Sequence record: OQ031493.1
DNA length: 9,690 nt
Strand: one strand, 5' to 3'
Shown here: positions 1-6,393 of the stretch, in pieces
Layout of the letters: every line of letters begins with the position of its first letter
Position numbering within the stretch: position 1 is the stretch's first letter
Program-made: the position numbers and the translations under genes
Notes under the pieces: generated by a model
Told to the model about the DNA's origin: nothing
Seen by the model: the letters and a program-made list of their open reading frames with translations, nothing else
Database searches by the model: none

Positions 1-1244
1 TTAGGCGCTTTAAGGCATAAAACTGACATGCTGATAGAATTATCATTAATGTCATCTTTTACTTTAGTAATAAAGAACTGCTGCGTAGATCCACGTTGAA
101 GCGTTGGATTTCGGTGAAAAGTACAACCCATCCCTTTATAAGGGGCTGCTTCTGCAATTAGCTCTTTAAATAGATCTGCAATGATTTGGTTATATTGAAG
201 TACATTCTCATATACAAATGAGAATGCTTCACGAGTTGTCATGTTAAACTTTGCTTTTAGTTTATTGGTTAGATGATACTTTAATAATTGACAACCTACT
301 CCCCACGGAATATGTAATTCATCATAATCATGCGGATCACTAATAGAAGTGATTACTGCACGTGCCGTAGCGTTGAGACGAGCACCAAACATGTGACGCC
401 GAGCAAGACCAGGCTTTTGAGCAATTCGTGATTTTGCGTAGATCTCGTAGAACTGGCCATATAGTCTTAGTCCTCGCATAGTCCTATTCTGAGCTTTAAT
501 TGGACTAAGTGGTACAGATGATGCATCAATACTAGCGAAGGTTAAGGTAGCATCAATTGCTGCTTCAATTGGTTTATCTAAGTAAGTACCAGATGTGGTT
601 GATTCTGCTACGAAACAGAGTTTAGAAGGAACTGGTAAATATTTAGGGAATAACTTATCTTTATTCTGAGCAACGAATTGAGCGAATTCGGATTTATTAT
701 TAGAGATAATATTTGCATCTAGTAGGAATTGGAAGATCTCATTGAAATTATCAATGAAGTGATTTAATCCTCTTTCAAATCCTCGATGCAGTAGCCTATC
801 TACTTTCCTGCGTGTTTCCTTAGAACCAATAGATTCTACATCGTATCGATAAGAAGTATCAGTTAGATATGCTAAGAAATCGAATTCTTTAGTTACTAGA
901 TATCCGGTTAGCATAATGATTAAACGTGGGTTAATTAGGCTACGTACATGTTTTGGTGTACGAACCCACATTGATGGTTCGATAGGACGGCTAGAAGTAT
1001 TGACAACTGGAGTATTACAAATATCACAGATTACTCCGAGTTTATGTGCGTCTTCGATTGCTCGACAATCACAGCTTACACTACTTTCAATTGCTTCTGA
1101 ATCTTGGAAATGAGAATAGAAATGCCTATCAAATTCTTCTTTCTCATCTGAGTTACTCGTATTGTAATCATTGGCATAAATTCGTTTACCCGTAAATTGA
1201 TCATGAACTTCATTATGATCAACAACTTTGGCATAAAGACCCAT
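1..1244 (-). CDS. rpoC: Non-virion multisubunit RNA polymerase, beta'-like N-terminal subunit (phiKZ gp55-like); 3'-partial, runs off the window
   Basis: Hand translation from the ATG at 1244 (SD AGGAG at 1255-1251) is open for 414 codons to the window edge: MGLYAKVVDHNEVHDQF... It has a Zn-binding pair (CDC...CDIC). RHMFGARLNATARAVIT matches beta' 'GKRVDYSGRSVI' and HRNPTLQRGS matches beta' 'NRAPTLHR'. It ends ...SMSVLCLKAP+AA, where NADFDGD is expected to begin. It lies directly downstream of chimallin, as in phiKZ-like phages. Confidence 0.93.
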   Translation of the reverse strand, partial: MGLYAKVVDHNEVHDQFTGKRIYANDYNTSNSDEKEEFDRHFYSHFQDSEAIESSVSCDCRAIEDAHKLGVICDICNTPVVNTSSRPIEPSMWVRTPKHVRSLINPRLIIMLTGYLVTKEFDFLAYLTDTSYRYDVESIGSKETRRKVDRLLHRGFERGLNHFIDNFNEIFQFLLDANIISNNKSEFAQFVAQNKDKLFPKYLPVPSKLCFVAESTTSGTYLDKPIEAAIDATLTFASIDASSVPLSPIKAQNRTMRGLRLYGQFYEIYAKSRIAQKPGLARRHMFGARLNATARAVITSISDPHDYDELHIPWGVGCQLLKYHLTNKLKAKFNMTTREAFSFVYENVLQYNQIIADLFKELIAEAAPYKGMGCTFHRNPTLQRGSTQQFFITKVKDDINDNSISMSVLCLKAP

Positions 1245-1269
1245 ACCAAACTCCTATTTATCGATTAAC

Positions 1270-1312
1270 AAAAAAAGGAGATATAAGCGGCCCCCGAAGG
1301 AGCCGCTATATC
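1270..1312 (-). terminator. Intrinsic terminator closing the chmA 3' region
   Basis: Minus strand reads GATATA-GCGGCTCC-TTCG-GGGGCCGC-T-TATATC-TCC-TTTTTTT: a GC-rich stem with one G.U pair, a C(UUCG)G tetraloop and a U7 tract. Confidence 0.85.
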
Positions 1313-1638
1313 AGTTTTTACAATGGACCACCAACAGAGCCTGGCCCGATCCTAGCGTCATCTACAAAGCTTAACCTCCGCTCTTCTCTGTAGCATACCG
1401 GCACTAGTATCATTTACCATCCATTGTAGTTTTTGATCACACGTCACCTTTTGAGTAACTCCTTTCGGTTAAGTGATCTATCATCCTCGTGTAGTGATAG
1501 GTCGACCTAGACTAAGTCCACTAGTCGATTACTTCACGGAACCTACTCCTAACCGTTATCACCGAAGTGAACCAGGGTCGCAGTATTAGAATCGGGATGT
1601 TACTTATTTAACATCCCTATCTACCGAGGTATTTCCTA
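1313..1638 (-). ncRNA. Putative structured non-coding RNA or structured 3' UTR of chmA
   Basis: There is no ORF of 60 aa or more. GC is 45% by hand count over 1321-1620, versus about 28% over 3541-3780. At least eight helices are visible, with UUCG and GAAA tetraloops, and their G.U pairs work on the minus strand. No known RNA family was recognised. Confidence 0.6.
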
Positions 1639-3519
1639 TTAGTACCAGGTACCCGGTGCATTATAGGAAGGAGCGCCGTAAGTTTGACCCATGCTGCCAG
1701 CCATACCAACTTGTGCACTACCAGAAACAGCCATGTTACCCATACCGGTGTAACCAGCGAAGCGCTGTTGACCGAAGTTGGTAATTAGGTTTTCCATGGT
1801 TACAGTTACACCAGCGGCTGCTGCTGCGGCATCCATTGCGGTGATGAATTTCGGGTTAAAGGTTAGACGACGAGCACGACCAGTATAGGTAACGTTACCT
1901 AGGTACATCTTGTCGAAGCCTTTACTGTTATTCATACGACGCACAATGTGGTCATTACCTACCTGAGTAGCATACCAGGTCTTCCACTCTTGGTCATTAC
2001 CTTCAGACATGTTCATGGCACCTAGAACGTCAAGATCACGACGGTCGCTTAGTTCGCCATGCTCATCAGTGTAGTGACCGAGGTCTACTTCATGATGGTT
2101 GTCAAAGATAATCGGACCAGCTTCAGCTAGGTTATAGAACTGACGGAAATCAGTGCCGTATAGGTTAGTTAGAGCTTGGAAGATCAGGCTAACTGCACGA
2201 GCTTGGTTTACGCCACCAGCTGCATCTAGGATGACTTGCTCAATAGCTGAGTTGTCGCCCATTGGATCGATATCGATCTGGAATGCAGGGTTCTGGTTAA
2301 CCATCTTGTTCATTAGCATTACGAAGTTGCTGTCGTCTGCCATGAATGCTTCGGTGCGAGTTTCAATCGCTTTACCTAGCTCTGAGTAATAACCAAGTGC
2401 ACCAATATCACGCATCTTACTAGTAGCGATCTTCGGCATTAGAGTACGAGCCCATGCCTGAGATGCAGTTGCACGATACGCGTTACCAAGCGCGAACAGC
2501 CACATTTCTAGAGTCCATGCTTGGATCCAGGACGCCTTACGAACGTCAGTAATAACGATGTAAGGAGTGAACTGCGGAGGTAGAACTGCACCAGGTAGAG
2601 TTACGCCAAACATGCCTTGTTGCTGGCCAGTGGTCGGAGTCCAATGTAGATCTACGAATAGACTAACTTGGTTTAGCTGGCTATCGGTATCATAGAACTC
2701 GTTCTCAGGTACGTTGGTTTTCTTACCACGGCTAGTGGAGATGACCAGGTCAGAACGGATCGGATTACCACAGCTATCTTTAACCGGAATACCATTGTAG
2801 TCTAGATTGCAGGTAAGCTGTTCGTTTTCTGCTTTGATGTGGGTCGCAATAGAGAACGGAGTCTCATTGTTACGACGCGCAATAGCATCTTCACAGATAT
2901 TAACGGATTCAACTAGTAGGTTCTTAACAGCTAGTTCATCTTTGAAGTCGAAGTCAGCATACACTGCACGTGGACCGGCAGATAGTACTTCTAGACCAGG
3001 GATGTTGTAACGGTTCCGTAGGAACTCGCCGATCTTGCTCCAGTATTGAGCAGTGAATACATCACGCGGTAGTACCTTCTCTTCAATGATGTCATCAGTT
3101 AGACCATTGTTGATTTTGTGGGTACGGGGACGGATGCGAGTACCAGGTAGGTTATCGAGTACTAGAGTACGAACGAATGCCTTCATGGAACCATTGATAT
3201 CTTTAGCTAGTTTAACAATGAGTAGACCAGCCATACCCACTTGTTGTGCATCGCGATCGAAACGATGGATATCGAAGTCATCAGGTAGGTCCTGATGGCG
3301 GATTGCTTCTTCTTTTACTTTAGTGAATACTTGTAGGGCATCTGCTGAACGAGCATCAGAGCCATCTAGCCGACCAGAGCGACGCATTAGATGGTTAATG
3401 CCAGTAGTAGACCCAGGCGCGCCAGTAGGACGTTGAGCTTGACGCTGTGCAGTGGGTTGCGGAGCCGGAGCGGTAGCTTGAGTTTGAACGGTGCCGATTT
3501 CGTTTTCGTTAACAGCCAT
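1639..3519 (-). CDS. chmA: Chimallin, major phage nuclear shell protein (phiKZ gp54 / 201phi2-1 gp105 family)
   Basis: 626 aa with a Q/P/A-rich N-terminal arm. Segments closely match recalled chimallin sequence: [87 protein letters not shown]. It has an aromatic C-terminus (TWY), an SD AAGGT upstream, and synteny with the RNAP beta' and DNA polymerase genes. Confidence 0.95.
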   Translation of the reverse strand: MAVNENEIGTVQTQATAPAPQPTAQRQAQRPTGAPGSTTGINHLMRRSGRLDGSDARSADALQVFTKVKEEAIRHQDLPDDFDIHRFDRDAQQVGMAGLLIVKLAKDINGSMKAFVRTLVLDNLPGTRIRPRTHKINNGLTDDIIEEKVLPRDVFTAQYWSKIGEFLRNRYNIPGLEVLSAGPRAVYADFDFKDELAVKNLLVESVNICEDAIARRNNETPFSIATHIKAENEQLTCNLDYNGIPVKDSCGNPIRSDLVISTSRGKKTNVPENEFYDTDSQLNQVSLFVDLHWTPTTGQQQGMFGVTLPGAVLPPQFTPYIVITDVRKASWIQAWTLEMWLFALGNAYRATASQAWARTLMPKIATSKMRDIGALGYYSELGKAIETRTEAFMADDSNFVMLMNKMVNQNPAFQIDIDPMGDNSAIEQVILDAAGGVNQARAVSLIFQALTNLYGTDFRQFYNLAEAGPIIFDNHHEVDLGHYTDEHGELSDRRDLDVLGAMNMSEGNDQEWKTWYATQVGNDHIVRRMNNSKGFDKMYLGNVTYTGRARRLTFNPKFITAMDAAAAAAGVTVTMENLITNFGQQRFAGYTGMGNMAVSGSAQVGMAGSMGQTYGAPSYNAPGTWY

Positions 3520-3591
3520 TTTAAATACCTTTACGATTATGGTTTCTTGATCAAGAAGAACCTAAGTACTTAGTATACTAGATTCAATTTA

Positions 3592-3615
3592 GTAATATAA
3601 ATCTCAAATTTTTTT
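3592..3615 (-). promoter_or_regulatory. phiKZ-type early promoter upstream of chmA
   Basis: Minus strand AAAAAAATTTGAGATTTATATTAC contains an exact TATATTAC, the reported phiKZ early promoter core, about 70 nt upstream of the chmA ATG. Two similar motifs occur at 4238-4262 and 6333-6357. Confidence 0.8.
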
Positions 3616-3830
3616 CATTACAACATAGACGCTATAATCTGCTATCAGCAGATCGTAACGAACACTATGTTCACTACATATTATTACAATCTGAGTATTA
3701 TTTATTTTTCATCTTACAATTTCCATATCTTCTTTTTTGAGTTTATGGGTATAAAGTTTGAATCCAGAAACTAATTTACGTCAGTCCTGTATTAAATAAT
3801 AACTATCAGTATTTTTATAAAATGCAGTTA

Positions 3831-4196
3831 TCATTTACTTCGCATATACTTACGAACTGTTCCAAAAAGAGAATGATACAGTTTGTATAGTTTACTAACT
3901 GGATCAACTTTATTATTATCAGTTGTATCAAATTTAGCAATAAATGGTGAATGTGCCGAAGCAGATGTTTCATTTACTTTAACTACACTACCAAATCGAT
4001 ATGCGACTAATACCTTTATTAATTCCTCATGGAGTTTAGTAGCAGTTGCTAATGGATTGGGATCATTAGGATCTATCTTAATCCTACGCTCGACATTGAA
4101 AAAGTTTACTACAATTTCTTTGCTAGTCATGTATACAGTAAGATCTTTGTTATTACCTAAATATAGTGGCGGATCTTCAACATTATTTTTAGCCAT
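3831..4196 (-). CDS. Hypothetical protein, 121 aa (gp53-like by position)
   Basis: ORF with SD AGGA, tandem stops (TGA TAA), genome-typical codon usage and a promoter-like motif upstream. No recognisable domain. Confidence 0.8.
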   Translation of the reverse strand: MAKNNVEDPPLYLGNNKDLTVYMTSKEIVVNFFNVERRIKIDPNDPNPLATATKLHEELIKVLVAYRFGSVVKVNETSASAHSPFIAKFDTTDNNKVDPVSKLYKLYHSLFGTVRKYMRSK

Positions 4197-4237
4197 TGTA
4201 TATTCCTATTTGTAATTACTACTGTTGTTACCAAACT

Positions 4238-4262
4238 ATGATATAGATCTCAATTAATTTTT
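4238..4262 (-). promoter_or_regulatory. Putative early promoter (variant core) for the 121-aa gene
   Basis: Minus strand AAAAATTAATTGAGATCTATATCAT aligns with the chmA promoter (shared TTGAGAT-Y-TATAT). Confidence 0.55.
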
Positions 4263-4277
4263 AATCGGATAATAACC

Positions 4278-5369
4278 ATGTATAATTTATTTAAGAATGC
4301 TCCGTCACGTAAATTGGGGCAGGTGGTTGATCCTAACATCCATTATATCCGACGAATCTACGCTGAGCAAATTAGGGACGTTAAAAGTTATTATAGACGG
4401 GCACCGAAGTATGTTGAATCTAAAAACATATTAGCACAAATGATTCGACATTTTAACGTAGAGTTACTAAGTGATGATGCTACTTTTATAAAGAACGTGG
4501 ACGATCGTTCACGTGCTATTATTCGTTCATTTGGTATTACATCATCTTTAAATAAAGGTAAGGTTCATGTAGGTGGTGTTACACTTGGTCCTCAAACTGA
4601 AGAAGTTCTAGTATCCACATCAGAGAGCTTTGATCTAAAAGATCTAAATAAAACATGGTATAAACTTTCCCCTGTTACGTATCTGTATCATACACGTACT
4701 GATACTAATTTACCTATCATGAACAATACCACACAGGGTAGAGGCTATGGTGTAACTCTAGTAAATATACCAATGCTTCTTGTGATGTACCGTTACTGGT
4801 ATCGATGGCAAGTTGAGAAGAATCCTGATGAAGTAGAAGACACTTATAGGTTTATAGGATCATTTGTATTGCCAAATATGGTTGACTCTTATTTAGATAT
4901 TTCTTTCTTTAATAGGTTAGCAAGGAATGCTTTAGATATTAAAAATCCAACATTCCCTATACCGCATCCATTTTACATCACTGATATGAATCCACGTATT
5001 GATAAACTATGTACAACTATCAATAGAGAATCCATATTAAAAGGTGTAGACATGGAAGGTTTATCATGGATAACACCAGCTATCGTACAATCTAATTTGT
5101 TCGATATGATGCGGCTCCCACGAGAACCTATTAACAGGAATAATGAATGGGCTTATGTATTGGCTCGCACACCCTTCATTAAGTATCTTGTAGGGCAGCT
5201 TTTAAAGAATACTGGTTATGATCAATCTTCTGTTAACACTGTATTAATTGATCTTATAGAAGCATCTAATGATCAAGCATTTAAGCAACAAGCAAATAGT
5301 GAGTTTGTAAAAGCTCAACAGGCACAAGTTGATTGGATGATAGATGCACTTAAAAGAAAAGAAATGTGA
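4278..5369 (+). CDS. Conserved phiKZ-like hypothetical protein, 363 aa (gp52-like by position; possibly late or virion-associated)
   Basis: This is the only long plus-strand ORF. It has an SD-like GGA 8 nt before the ATG, a TATG (late-promoter-like) at 4237-4240, and ends at a bidirectional hairpin. An inverted gene between the DNA polymerase and chimallin fits my recollection of this core block. No catalytic motif was recognised. Confidence 0.85.
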   Translation: MYNLFKNAPSRKLGQVVDPNIHYIRRIYAEQIRDVKSYYRRAPKYVESKNILAQMIRHFNVELLSDDATFIKNVDDRSRAIIRSFGITSSLNKGKVHVGGVTLGPQTEEVLVSTSESFDLKDLNKTWYKLSPVTYLYHTRTDTNLPIMNNTTQGRGYGVTLVNIPMLLVMYRYWYRWQVEKNPDEVEDTYRFIGSFVLPNMVDSYLDISFFNRLARNALDIKNPTFPIPHPFYITDMNPRIDKLCTTINRESILKGVDMEGLSWITPAIVQSNLFDMMRLPREPINRNNEWAYVLARTPFIKYLVGQLLKNTGYDQSSVNTVLIDLIEASNDQAFKQQANSEFVKAQQAQVDWMIDALKRKEM

Positions 5370-5370
5370 C

Positions 5371-5404
5371 ATAAACCCCCTCCTAAATTGGAGGGGGTTA
5401 TATG
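5371..5404. terminator. Bidirectional terminator-like hairpin between convergent genes
   Basis: AACCCCCTCC (5374-5383), loop TAAATT, GGAGGGGGTT (5390-5399): a 10-bp perfect stem between the stops at 5369 (+) and 5413 (-). Confidence 0.8.
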
Positions 5405-5412
5405 CCGTTTTA

Positions 5413-6135
5413 TTAGAAATTACCTTTCTTCATTTTAGAAAGTAATTTTCTACGTTCAGCTCGGTTAATTCCTGGGATAGCTGGTAATAGCATTTTATTA
5501 CTAAACTTACCTGGCTTGCGGTCATGATTTAGTAATTGATCAACTACAGCTTGGTCACTGCTTTTAACTCCATTATCCATTTCATCTAATGGGTCCATAA
5601 TAGCTTTAGCAGTCAATCTTAGATGAGTAACTAGTTCATCAAATGAACTATCGGTATTAATAAGTTGTTTATCAACACCTTCTTTAAGAGCTTGTTTAAT
5701 AGTTACGTCTTTTACCAGGATATTATCACATTCCCAAAGAGTTGTATGATGGGTATTTAACATTAATTCAAGTGAGACATTATTGTAATCGTTGTCAGCA
5801 CTTGAGTGCCAATTGAATTCATCAATATAGTCATTTAGACTCATTAACTTTGGTGGTTCGTTACTAGAGGTAATTAAACCAATTGGTTGAACATCATCTA
5901 GTGAACTTTTATCACTAGTAATTGCAGTTGTTTCAGTAGTAACATCAACTTCTTTTAATTCGTTGGTATAAGTTACATATACTAATTCTTCACTACCGTC
6001 ATCCAAAAGAACATAGGCTGTTGCTTTGGTGGAATCATCAGGTGCTAATCCATGGATCCTAATACGATTATCATTTACTAATTTACTATAATCATTCCAG
6101 GTAATTACGCGGACTTCTTTATTCTCTTTCATCAT
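5413..6135 (-). CDS. Hypothetical acidic protein with a basic C-terminal tail, 240 aa
   Basis: ORF with SD GAGGT. It overlaps the end of the upstream small ORF by 17 nt. It is D/E/T/S-rich and ends PGINRAERRKLLSKMKKGNF. No domain was recognised. Confidence 0.8.
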   Translation of the reverse strand: MMKENKEVRVITWNDYSKLVNDNRIRIHGLAPDDSTKATAYVLLDDGSEELVYVTYTNELKEVDVTTETTAITSDKSSLDDVQPIGLITSSNEPPKLMSLNDYIDEFNWHSSADNDYNNVSLELMLNTHHTTLWECDNILVKDVTIKQALKEGVDKQLINTDSSFDELVTHLRLTAKAIMDPLDEMDNGVKSSDQAVVDQLLNHDRKPGKFSNKMLLPAIPGINRAERRKLLSKMKKGNF

Positions 6136-6295
6136 TAGTTACCTCTTTTAATTTGTCTTTAATATAACTTCGGATAAATGCTCGTTTTTCTTCACGAGTT
6201 AACCCAGGTGGAGCGGTTGGTAATGTGATAGTACCACTGTTAATTGCCTTCTTCATCCGATCTAAGTCAAAATTAAATTCGGTATGATTTGTCAT
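6119..6295 (-). CDS. Small hypothetical protein, 58 aa (start revised to the ATG at 6295)
   Basis: The track's start at 6328 is a TTG lying at the predicted transcription start of the 6333-6357 promoter. The ATG at 6295 gives MTNHTEFNFDLDRMKKAINSGTITLPTAPPGLTREEKRAFIRSYIKDKLKEVTNDERE. The SD is weak. Confidence 0.65.
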   Translation of the reverse strand: MTNHTEFNFDLDRMKKAINSGTITLPTAPPGLTREEKRAFIRSYIKDKLKEVTNDERE

Positions 6296-6332
6296 TATAT
6301 TGAACCATATTAAGTTAGTAATTGGCAATCAG

Positions 6333-6357
6333 ACTATATAAATCTTAATTATTTTTT
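6333..6357 (-). promoter_or_regulatory. Putative early promoter (variant core) for the 58-aa/240-aa pair
   Basis: Minus strand AAAAAATAATTAAGATTTATATAGT sits immediately after the polymerase terminator and aligns with the other two motifs. Confidence 0.6.
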
Positions 6358-6360
6358 AGT

Positions 6361-6390
6361 ATATAAGCCTCCCACTAGGGGAGGCTATAT
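6361..6390 (-). terminator. Terminator-like hairpin after the DNA polymerase gene
   Basis: Minus strand ATAT-AGCCTCCC-CTAGT-GGGAGGCT-TATAT: an 8-bp stem directly after the stop at 6394. There is no classical U tract. Confidence 0.7.
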
Positions 6391-6393
6391 TTC

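Noticed and set aside
916-1113. 65-aa plus-strand ORF
   Set aside because: It is an antisense shadow of the RNAP beta' gene, with no SD and no recognisable motif.
1300-1330. GATATAG resembling the group I intron S element
   Set aside because: It is part of the terminator stem. No matching P/Q/R elements or P7 pairing were found, and it does not interrupt a gene.
1270-1638. tRNA, tmRNA, SRP, RNase P or hammerhead identity for the structured element
   Set aside because: No cloverleaf with a T-loop and CCA end, no GGGGCUGA/ACCA ends, no SRP GGAA-GCAG loop, no GAGGAAAGUCC and no CUGAUGA core were found by eye. A covariance-model search is still needed.
2153-3295. Plus-strand ORFs 2153-2389, 2807-3010 and 3053-3295
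   Set aside because: They are antisense to chmA. The gene's biased codon usage leaves few stops on the opposite strand, and the products look like typical shadow sequences.
3391-3573. 60-aa plus-strand ORF
   Set aside because: It is antisense to the chmA start and leader, with no SD and a low-complexity R/S product.
3637-3653. Hairpin ATCTGCT-ATC-AGCAGAT upstream of the chmA promoter
   Set aside because: A single 7-bp stem with no tail and no second copy is too weak to call a terminator or operator.
3709-3780. Protein-like minus-strand frame RKLVSGFKLYTHKLKKEDMEIVR
   Set aside because: It is only 23 codons, is preceded by an in-frame TGA and has no usable start. It may be a decayed gene remnant but cannot be supported.
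3883-4215. 110-aa plus-strand ORF
   Set aside because: It fully overlaps the 121-aa minus-strand gene, which has the better SD and a promoter motif.
6296-6328. TTG start giving a 69-aa version of the small ORF
   Set aside because: The TTG lies at the predicted transcription start with no room for an SD. The ATG at 6295 is preferred.
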